Source: an uncultured Actinomycetes bacterium (GTDB lineage Bacteria > Actinomycetota > Thermoleophilia > Gaiellales > JAICJC01). Taken from it: DNA of 64,000 nucleotides. The DNA is taken from positions 262,065 to 326,064 of the forward strand of contig CAVQZC010000006.1 in the NCBI GenBank assembly GCA_963718315.1. The letters run 5' to 3'. This document shows positions 57,130-64,000 of this stretch, in pieces. The first letter of the stretch is position 1. Every line of letters begins with the position of its first letter. The notes below the pieces were generated by a model. That model was given only the letters and a program-made list of their open reading frames with translations, had not been told where the DNA came from and ran no database searches. The position numbers were made by a program, and so were the translations under genes.

Positions 57130-57693
57130 ATGGCGATTGGGCCGGTACAGCTGCTGGTGTTGGGCTTCGAGAGTCCAGACTTCCACGGTGAGATCATCGC
57201 GGAGCTCGAGCGGCTACGACAGAGCGACACGGTGCGCGTGATCGACGCCTTGGCGGTCTACAAGGACGCCGAAGGTGAGATGGAGGTCGCGCATCTCAGC
57301 AACCTCTCCAAGGATGAAGCGATCGAGCTTGGCAGCAAGGTCGGGGCACTGATCGGTCTCGGTATCGAGGGCGAGCAGGGCGCCGAGGCGGGAGCCGTCG
57401 CCGGCGCCGAGGCGGCGGAGGACGGCGTCAACGTCTTCACCGATGACGAGGCATGGGACGTCCTGGAAGAGCTCCCAAACGACTCGGCTGCGGCGTTGAT
57501 CCTGGTCGAGCACCACTGGGCGGTAGGGCTTCGCGATGCAGTCGCGCGAGCCGGAGGCTTCCGCATCTCAGACGGCTTCATCAGCCCGCTCGACCTGGTC
57601 GAGATCGGCCTGGTGTCGTCCGAGGAGGCAGAACGACTCGACGCGCTGGAGCGGAGTAGGGAGTCGACTTCAACGACCGGAGGATCGAAATGA
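57130..57693 (+). CDS. DUF6325-like soluble acidic protein
   Basis: MAIGPVQLLVLGFESPDFHGEIIAELERL ... AALILVEHHWAVGLRDAV. AAGGAG SD. Family name from memory. Confidence 0.65.
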   Translation: MAIGPVQLLVLGFESPDFHGEIIAELERLRQSDTVRVIDALAVYKDAEGEMEVAHLSNLSKDEAIELGSKVGALIGLGIEGEQGAEAGAVAGAEAAEDGVNVFTDDEAWDVLEELPNDSAAALILVEHHWAVGLRDAVARAGGFRISDGFISPLDLVEIGLVSSEEAERLDALERSRESTSTTGGSK

Positions 57694-57749
57694 TGGGATC
57701 TCGCAGAGTCGCGCGGCGGACGTCTCGCCGAGTCGCTCGACGCCGCTAG
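57690..57749 (+). CDS. 19-aa Arg-rich micro-ORF, copy B (MMGSRRVARRTSRRVARRR)
   Basis: Its ATG overlaps the upstream TGA (ATGA). The peptide is identical to copy A with only synonymous codon differences. Confidence 0.5.
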   Translation: MMGSRRVARRTSRRVARRR

Positions 57750-57763
57750 ACGGCAAACACTTG

Positions 57764-57802
57764 GGCGACTGGCCAGCGCGATACCCGCGCCGGCCAGTCG
57801 CC
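57764..57802 (+). terminator. Strong GC hairpin after micro-ORF B
   Basis: GGCGACTGGCC-A-GCGCG-ATACC-CGCGC-C-GGCCAGTCGCC. Confidence 0.4.
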
Positions 57803-57932
57803 TGTCCACCCCCGGACGCTGATCGGCGCGCCGTCGCGGCGGGGATGCGTCTCTCGACCCAAAGCGCTCATTGCCGAGGTCGCCCGGCGCACGAAGCGTC
57901 TTGGTCAACCCCCGAATAGAGGGAGTATCACT

Positions 57933-58397
57933 ATGTTTGGAAGAGCCATGAGCGGCAGCTGGCGAGGAACGTCACAGGGCCACACCGGGCGCGTCTCCAT
58001 ACTCCTACCCTTGACCGTGGGCCTTGCCCTTGTCTTGGTCGCGGCGAGCGGTTGTGGCAGCAGCAGCAGCAAGCCCGCGTACTGTACGAACCGCAGCAAC
58101 CTGGAGAACTCGATCAAGTCGCTCTCGGTCCCCACCTCGAGCAGCGACATCAGCAGCCTGAAATCGCAGGTGAAGACGATCCAGGGCCAAGCGACAGCGC
58201 TGGTCAACTCCGCCAAGTCTGACTTCCCGACCCAGACGAGCGCCCTGAAGTCATCAGTAGACGCCCTATCCAGCGCGATCAAGGCGCTTCCGCCGAGCCC
58301 CTCGATGACGGAGATCGCGGCGCTCGCGGTTGACGTGACCAGCGTCACGAGTGCGGTCAAGAGCTTCACCGACGCCACCAGCTCCAACTGCGGCTAG
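57933..58397 (+). CDS. Lipoprotein with Ser-rich helical repeats
   Basis: Lipobox LVAASGC. Repeats of the S-x-L-K-S / SALKSSVDALSSAIKAL type. Confidence 0.6.
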   Translation: MFGRAMSGSWRGTSQGHTGRVSILLPLTVGLALVLVAASGCGSSSSKPAYCTNRSNLENSIKSLSVPTSSSDISSLKSQVKTIQGQATALVNSAKSDFPTQTSALKSSVDALSSAIKALPPSPSMTEIAALAVDVTSVTSAVKSFTDATSSNCG

Positions 58398-58404
58398 GTC
58401 GCCG

Positions 58405-59040
58405 ATGTCTGATCAGCACCGGCCAAGGACGCGACGGTCGCTCGGGAAGGGGCGGATGGAGGCGTTCAGCGACGGCGTGTTTGCGATCGCGATCACGCTG
58501 CTCGTGCTGGATTTCGCGATTCACCCGCCCGGCTCGCCCCTGCACCAGGTGCTGCACATCTGGCCATCGTTCGTCGCCTACATCGTCAGCTTCCTGACCA
58601 TCGGCGCTGCTTGGCTGGGCCACACCGCGCTGACCGACCGACTGGAGCGAACCGACTCGATCTTCCTGCGTATCAACCTGCTGCTCCTGATGGTCGTCAC
58701 CTTCCTGCCGTTCCCAACCGGGCTGGTCGGAGAGGCGCTACGCGAACCGTCGAGTGAGCGCGTGTTCGTGACCATGTACGGGCTGACACTGCTGGCGATC
58801 CGACTGATGGGATTCGCGCTGGACGAGTACGCCGACCGCGAGCATCTCTACACGCAGAGCGATAACGACGATGTGCGCCGGGAGCAGAAGCGCTTCCTAC
58901 CCGTGCTCGCCGCGTATGTGACCGCGATCCTGATCGGAATCGCCTTCCCGGTATTGGCGGTTTGTGTGTACCTCGGAATCGCCGTGTATCTCGTCGTGCC
59001 CTTCCGCGAGGTCCGACGACTCCTGCTCCCACACTCATGA
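58405..59040 (+). CDS. TMEM175/DUF1211 family potassium-channel-like protein
   Basis: RMEAFSDGVFAIAITLLVLD and a second repeat with RINLLLLMVVTFLPFPT. Confidence 0.75.
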   Translation: MSDQHRPRTRRSLGKGRMEAFSDGVFAIAITLLVLDFAIHPPGSPLHQVLHIWPSFVAYIVSFLTIGAAWLGHTALTDRLERTDSIFLRINLLLLMVVTFLPFPTGLVGEALREPSSERVFVTMYGLTLLAIRLMGFALDEYADREHLYTQSDNDDVRREQKRFLPVLAAYVTAILIGIAFPVLAVCVYLGIAVYLVVPFREVRRLLLPHS

Positions 59041-59104
59041 TCCACGACCGGGGTTCCACCTCCACGAGCAAGATCGTGTTCACCTAGTCCCGCAGGCTGC
59101 CCGA

Positions 59105-59464
59105 ATGTCATACGAACACCTCGTCACCTACATCATCAAAGCGATCGAGGCCGTGGGCATCGCGATCATGGTGATCGGCGGCCTGGTCGCGTTGATCGCG
59201 TTTGGCGTCGCAGCGCTCGATCCTCAGCGGCGGCAGAGCTCGTATAACCAGCTGCGCCGCACCTTCGGACGGTGCATCTTGCTCGGCCTTGAGGTACTGA
59301 TCGTCGCCGACATCGTCCGCACCGTGGTCGTCGACCAGACCTTCCAGAGCGTCGTGGTGCTCGGAGTCATCGTCCTCATCCGAATCGTCCTGAGCTTCTC
59401 CCTCGACGTGGAGATCGACGGTACATGGCCATGGAACCGACGGCGGACCGGTGTCCGAACGTGA
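59105..59464 (+). CDS. DUF1622 membrane protein
   Basis: FGRCILLGLEVLIVADIVRTV ... IRIVLSFSLDVEIDGTWPW. Confidence 0.7.
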   Translation: MSYEHLVTYIIKAIEAVGIAIMVIGGLVALIAFGVAALDPQRRQSSYNQLRRTFGRCILLGLEVLIVADIVRTVVVDQTFQSVVVLGVIVLIRIVLSFSLDVEIDGTWPWNRRRTGVRT

Positions 59465-59586
59465 ACCGGAATGGAGCTCGCCGCGTCGAGTTACGCGTCT
59501 GGCAGTTTCCCAGCCCAGCCAGCCAGCCGACCAGCGACCAAGCCGGGACACCACGACCCGTCCCGGCGTTGACATAGGAGCAGCCC

Positions 59587-60258
59587 ATGGACGAGACCAC
59601 CCGGTCGGAGCTCGGGGAATCGCGCTGGCCGATGGCCGGCGCGGTGGTGGCGGTGATTGTGCTCACCTACCTGCTGCCGGCGCAGGTACGCGTGGTCAGC
59701 TTCGGCGGCGTGCGGGTGGTGCCGATTCTGGAAGCTGTGCTGCTGGTCGCCCTGATCATCGGCGATCCGGGGCGTATCGACCGACGCACAACGGCGTTGC
59801 AGCGATTGGCGACGGCGCTGGTGCTGCTCATGCTGGGCGGCGCACTCGTCCAGACCGCGGGACTGACGGTCGACCTGATCAAGGGCGGCGGGGTGACCGA
59901 CTCGGGGCGTCTCCTTCTGGAGGCCGGCTCCATCGTCTGGGTCGTCAACAACATCTCGTTCGCGCTGCTCTATTGGCAGCTGGACGGTGGCGGGGCGCCG
60001 GCCAGAGTGCACCACGTGGCCGTGCATCCGGACTTCGCGTTTCCTCAGCAACTCGCACCTGATCTGGCACCGGCGGGGTGGATCCCCGGGTTCTTCGACT
60101 ACTTCTACCTCGGCTTCACGAACGCGATTGCATTCAGCCCCGCCGATGTCCTGCCGCTCACGGTCAGAGCCAAAGTGCCCATGCTTGTGCAGTCACTGGT
60201 CTCGCTGGCGCTCGTCGGACTGGTGATCGCCCGCGCGGTCAACGTCTTGCCAGGGTGA
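59587..60258 (+). CDS. DUF1345 membrane protein
   Basis: WVVNNISFALLYWQLD and FDYFYLGFTNAIAFSPADV. Confidence 0.75.
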   Translation: MDETTRSELGESRWPMAGAVVAVIVLTYLLPAQVRVVSFGGVRVVPILEAVLLVALIIGDPGRIDRRTTALQRLATALVLLMLGGALVQTAGLTVDLIKGGGVTDSGRLLLEAGSIVWVVNNISFALLYWQLDGGGAPARVHHVAVHPDFAFPQQLAPDLAPAGWIPGFFDYFYLGFTNAIAFSPADVLPLTVRAKVPMLVQSLVSLALVGLVIARAVNVLPG

Positions 60259-60369
60259 CCGCCGCGACCGGCTGGCGCGAAGGGCGCGGTGGGGCGATGC
60301 GCCGCCTGTCGGGGTCGACTGGACTTTGGGCGCGGTCTACGTTAGGCGGATTCGTGGTAACCCGGTGCT

Positions 60370-60607
60370 CAATCTCTTGCTCAGATTCGAGCACCTCGAA
60401 CACGAGACGCTCCGCTGGGTCGGCTTCTACAACCACGACCGGCTGCACGAAGAGCTCAAAGACGTCCCGCCCAGCGAGTACGAACACCGGATGACACGAT
60501 CACCAAAGACGGTCCAGCCGGCGCGCAAGAAGGACGCGCCGGCCAGCGTCAACGATTACAAGGAAACCAAACAACCGAGCCTCCACTAAACCCGGGGCGC
60601 TTCACAC
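60370..60607 (+). mobile_element. 3' remnant of an IS3-family element (C-terminal end of the OrfB transposase plus right inverted repeat)
   Basis: RFEHLEHETLRWVGFYNHDRLHEELKDVPPSEYE is the end of an rve-domain transposase. The terminal sequence reverse-complements to TGTGAAGCGCCCCGGGTTT. Confidence 0.6.
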
Positions 60608-60691
60608 ATTGTATTCCCGGTGAGTTTGGCGGATACTGCTCCGACCGCAACAATCGGCTTGGCTTGGATGTCGTCGGGGAGGGGAACGTCC

Positions 60692-62068
60692 GTGAATCGT
60701 CTTGCCTGGTATTGGATCACGTGCGGTGCGCTGCTGGTGGTCGGGTTTGGAATGCCGGCGACTGCCTCGGCATCGTTGCCGTCGAACGACGACCTGGCCA
60801 ACGCTCAGCGGGTGACGCTGGGTGACTCGTTCACGGCCGACACGACCGGCGCCTCGCTCCAATCAGGCGAGCCCGTAGCGCCGTTCTACGGGCCGATCGC
60901 AGGCCCGACGGTCTGGTATGAGTGGGATGCGCCAGCTGAGCACGACTATGTGCAGCTTGTGGCAACAAACATCTCCTTCCCCAACAACGACGCTTGCGTC
61001 AACGTGTGGGACGCAGGACTCTCGCCGCCGGCTTACGCCTTCGACTCCCTCGGCGGCCCGGACAACGCGAACGGCGACTGTACCCACGCCCAGAACTTCG
61101 TTTCACACCCGGGCCACACCTACTTCTTCCAGGTCGGAAGCGAGACTGCCGCAAGTGTCGGCAGGGTGACGATCGATCTCACCGGCTTCCAACTCGTCGC
61201 AGACATCCAGCTCACCCAAACGGCGACCCCCGCCGTACAGGTCGGCCAGACGATCGTCATAAAGTCGTCGGTGACCAATGCGGGGCCACAACCGACGTCG
61301 GTCGACCTGTCGATTGGCCGCAGCTCCGAGATGCAACTGCTCTCGATCAGCGGCGCCACCTGCGACGACCCCCTCTGCCAGACCGCCAACATCCCACTCG
61401 TATACTCGGGACCTGTGGTGGTGACCACGCTTTGGCGGCCGTTCGCGCCGGGCCCCAACGTCGGCATCGACGTCCAGGCAACACCGCGGGAAGCGGACGA
61501 TCCGACCGCCGCCGAGGCAACCTCATCGACCGACGTCACGCTCCCCAAAGGCGCCGTGGAGGTGCTCCGCCAAGACTCCGGCTTCAACTTCGTCACCACC
61601 CGCCACAGCGCCAGCGCCGGTCACATCTGGCTGTGGTGGAACGCCGGCCCGTCGGGCGGCACGATCACCGACAACACCGGCCTGGGGCTGTTCGACCTGC
61701 CGGTTGACCCCAACCAGGGAACCAGCTTCACATTCTTCGCTGCCGGCAAGTACCAAGTCGTCGACAGCGCCACCGGCGAGGTGATGACCGCCAATGTGCC
61801 GATCACAGCTGGCCCAGCGACGGGCTCTCTGACGACCGTCTACTCGATCAACTGGGCGACCCGCTCGGCACCCGCCGGCCTGACCTACGAGATCGACCTG
61901 CAACGACCAAACGGCGTCTACGTCCCCTGGCTGACGACAACCGCCCGCGGCGCCACGTTCATCGCAGACGACGGCATCGGCACTTACCGGGTCCGGGCGC
62001 GCATGGTCAAGGCAGACGACGACTCCACCGGAACCGGCTGGGTCACCAAGAAGATCGTCGTCAATTGA
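60692..62068 (+). CDS. Secreted protein with a DUF11-like repeat domain
   Basis: ORF 60620-62068. Signal peptide WITCGALLVVGFGMPATASA. DIQLTQTATPAVQVGQTIVIKSSVTNAGPQP. Confidence 0.55.
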   Translation: MNRLAWYWITCGALLVVGFGMPATASASLPSNDDLANAQRVTLGDSFTADTTGASLQSGEPVAPFYGPIAGPTVWYEWDAPAEHDYVQLVATNISFPNNDACVNVWDAGLSPPAYAFDSLGGPDNANGDCTHAQNFVSHPGHTYFFQVGSETAASVGRVTIDLTGFQLVADIQLTQTATPAVQVGQTIVIKSSVTNAGPQPTSVDLSIGRSSEMQLLSISGATCDDPLCQTANIPLVYSGPVVVTTLWRPFAPGPNVGIDVQATPREADDPTAAEATSSTDVTLPKGAVEVLRQDSGFNFVTTRHSASAGHIWLWWNAGPSGGTITDNTGLGLFDLPVDPNQGTSFTFFAAGKYQVVDSATGEVMTANVPITAGPATGSLTTVYSINWATRSAPAGLTYEIDLQRPNGVYVPWLTTTARGATFIADDGIGTYRVRARMVKADDDSTGTGWVTKKIVVN

Positions 62069-62268
62069 CGGAAGCTGAATCGGACTACGACCGTCCCTTC
62101 TTCGACCAGGCGAAACGCCTGCAAGAGCGAACGGTTGTGACGGGAGTCGGCATCGAGCGGGTGCTCCGAATCGCCGAACCAGCCTGAGATTGCTGTGTCC
62201 CAGGCCGACCGGATGGCGCGGTCTCGGGCGGGGGCTGTTCTTGCTCCCCCGCCCGTGTCTCCGTCAGC

Positions 62269-62742
62269 TCATGGCTGGAAGTGGAAGATGAAGTCGAAGT
62301 TCCCGTCGCTGCGCAGGTGCAGCGTCATCCAGCCGCGTGCGTTTGAGTACCCGCCGGTGCCGCCGGTGATGGCCAGCTGGGTGGTCGCACTGGCGTCCAG
62401 GAACGGCCCCTCGACCGTGACCTGACCGCGGGGCAGGTAGGTCGTCCACATGCATTCCCAGCGACCGCGGACGGCGCTGGCCCTGACACAGTTGCCCTGG
62501 TCGATGCCGACCTTGCTGTCGTTGTCAGCATCGAAGATGGGGTTGTTGAACGGCAGCTGGTCGCCGGGCGAATCGCCCTTGGCGCCGATGTCGATCACCT
62601 GGTCGGTGATCGGGTGCTCGACGACGTGGACGGTGGCCGAGGCGGTGAGACCGCTGGAACCGGATCCCAGGGCCACCGCGGCAGCCGTCAGTGCGGAGGC
62701 GGCGACCGCGGCCACCGCCATGAGCACGAGTGTTCGTCGCAT
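62269..62742 (-). CDS. Secreted allene-oxide-cyclase-barrel/dirigent-like protein
   Basis: Signal peptide, then AITGGTGGYSNARG near the C-terminus. Confidence 0.5.
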   Translation of the reverse strand: MRRTLVLMAVAAVAASALTAAAVALGSGSSGLTASATVHVVEHPITDQVIDIGAKGDSPGDQLPFNNPIFDADNDSKVGIDQGNCVRASAVRGRWECMWTTYLPRGQVTVEGPFLDASATTQLAITGGTGGYSNARGWMTLHLRSDGNFDFIFHFQP

Positions 62743-62838
62743 GGTTCCTCCCAGTCGTGAAGAACGGTGAAGCGCGAGCTTACGGTTTACCGGCCGAACC
62801 GGCCAGAATCCCTACACGCAGCCTGGGTTGCCTGTCGA

Positions 62839-64000
62839 TCAGCGGCCAACCACACGTTCGGCGATCTCGGCTGCCTGGTCGCGCAGCTCGGGGATTGCGA
62901 CTGACTCCCACAGTTCGCCGCGACGCATCCAGCCAAGTGTCGACAGCCACGGCTGGGCAGCGCCGTCGGCGTTGCGTACGGCCCCACCGTCGGTGGTGTC
63001 GAGGCCGAGGCCGAGCGGGTGTTGCCTGGCCAGACCTCGCCCGTGTAACTGGTCGTAGAGGAGGTCGCCGTCTCCGAACGGTGAGTCGCCGGGGCCGATG
63101 CAGTTCACCGCCGCGTCGAACCGCATGACCACGGAATCCGTCGCGCCGTGGTGCCTGACGGCTACGTCCAGGCCCGCCACCGTTTCGGTGACGGCGACCG
63201 GCGTCCCGGCGACGATTGTCAGTACCCCCTGCTGCCGCAGCTCCCCGATCCACTCCCACGCCACAGGGGCCATGCGGTTGCGGTTGATCGCCCACACGCG
63301 CGTGTAGGCCCGCAGGGCACGGCGCTGCTCGGTCGCCGAGAACCCTTTCCAGATCGCCTGCGTATAGGGGCGCATCGCGTCCACCACATCGCGGGCGTCG
63401 CCCCCCATGGTGCCGGCAGCGCGCACCGCTGCGCGAAACGCGCGCGCCTGCTCTGTCAGCGAGGTACCCGCGGGCGGCGGCTGGTAGCCGGTGTCGATCG
63501 GTCCCTGCGGCCAGCGGTGCGGGATGGGAAGCAGGCCGGTGCGCGAGAGGCCGACCAGGCGCACGCCGGGGCGTTCGGCCACCAGTCGCAGTGCCACGTC
63601 GACCATGGTCAGCCCGGTACCGACGAGCAGCACGTCGCCGCCCGGCGCGAGCCTCCCGAGCGCGCCGGGTGCCCATGGGTCGCGCACGTAGCGGGAGGAG
63701 TCCTGAGGCCAGCCCCCGGCGACGGCGGCGTCACGGAACGCCGGCGTTCCGGTGGCGAGGACGATGCGCGCCGCCTCCAGGGAGCGGCCGTCGGCCAGGG
63801 CGATCCTCGCCCGGCCGTCCTCCCGGGCGATGTCGACCACGGATCCGCGGACTGTCTCGAGCACACCCGGGCTCGCCGCGGCGGCCTCGGCCAGGAGAGC
63901 AGACAGGTAGCGGCCGAAGGTGACCCGCGGGACGAAGTCGCCGCGATCGACCGCCTCGCCCCGGGATGCGAGCCACTCCACCAGGTGGTCCGGCCGGCCG
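62839..64000 (-). CDS. FAD/NAD(P)-binding oxidoreductase-like protein; 5' end outside the window
   Basis: ORF 62839-63981 stays open to the window edge. DVLLVGTGLTMVDVAL dinucleotide fold. Confidence 0.6.
   Translation of the reverse strand, partial: GRPDHLVEWLASRGEAVDRGDFVPRVTFGRYLSALLAEAAAASPGVLETVRGSVVDIAREDGRARIALADGRSLEAARIVLATGTPAFRDAAVAGGWPQDSSRYVRDPWAPGALGRLAPGGDVLLVGTGLTMVDVALRLVAERPGVRLVGLSRTGLLPIPHRWPQGPIDTGYQPPPAGTSLTEQARAFRAAVRAAGTMGGDARDVVDAMRPYTQAIWKGFSATEQRRALRAYTRVWAINRNRMAPVAWEWIGELRQQGVLTIVAGTPVAVTETVAGLDVAVRHHGATDSVVMRFDAAVNCIGPGDSPFGDGDLLYDQLHGRGLARQHPLGLGLDTTDGGAVRNADGAAQPWLSTLGWMRRGELWESVAIPELRDQAAEIAERVVGR

Overview
High-GC, Actinomycetota-like chromosome segment. The left 6.9 kb looks like core genome: a GAF-PAS-GGDEF cyclase, MFS transporter, GT4 glycosyltransferase, thioredoxin-like protein, a frameshifted aldo/keto reductase, a multiply frameshifted selD, secG and tRNA-Leu(GAG). 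From the tRNA to about 44.8 kb there are three stacked accessory islands, with core-to-core spacing of about 20.4, 15.1 and 2.4 kb. They are separated by direct copies of a 101-nt core made of the 3' half of tRNA-Leu plus its terminator hairpin. The flanking arms are conserved and carry doublets of a GTGGTAAC-like octamer. No integrase or excisionase gene is visible in any island. Island 1 carries two paralogous ApbE + ferric-reductase-type transmembrane modules, one of them translationally coupled to a ferredoxin reductase and ferredoxin. It also carries a Kelch/NHL propeller protein, DUF2252, SRPBCC, a heavily decayed DUF1269-arylsulfatase and GAP-like membrane proteins. Island 2 is a sulfur/sulfide-handling module (ArsR-MMPL-DUF2892-TauE-OsmC-SQR-TusE-DsrE, divergent from DUF302-SQR-ABM-glutaredoxin) plus a cation/proton antiporter and a LuxR-type two-component system. 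Island 3 has an NTF2-like protein and a secreted protein with a perfect in-frame tandem duplication. Right of the array lie a hydrolase-adenylate cyclase fusion, CPBP protease, K+ channel, frameshifted DHA2 MFS, DUF1269, a LAL-type LuxR regulator, a second DUF2252 operon followed by membrane DUFs, an IS3 remnant and secreted proteins. Small-scale signals: a 19-aa Arg-rich micro-ORF present twice with only synonymous differences, a conserved ~65-nt inverted-repeat element, three TCACCTAGGTGA palindromes, and strongly clustered frameshifts in selD and the arylsulfatase. No rRNA, CRISPR array, intact transposase or integrase was found. All family names come from reading motifs by eye, with no database search.
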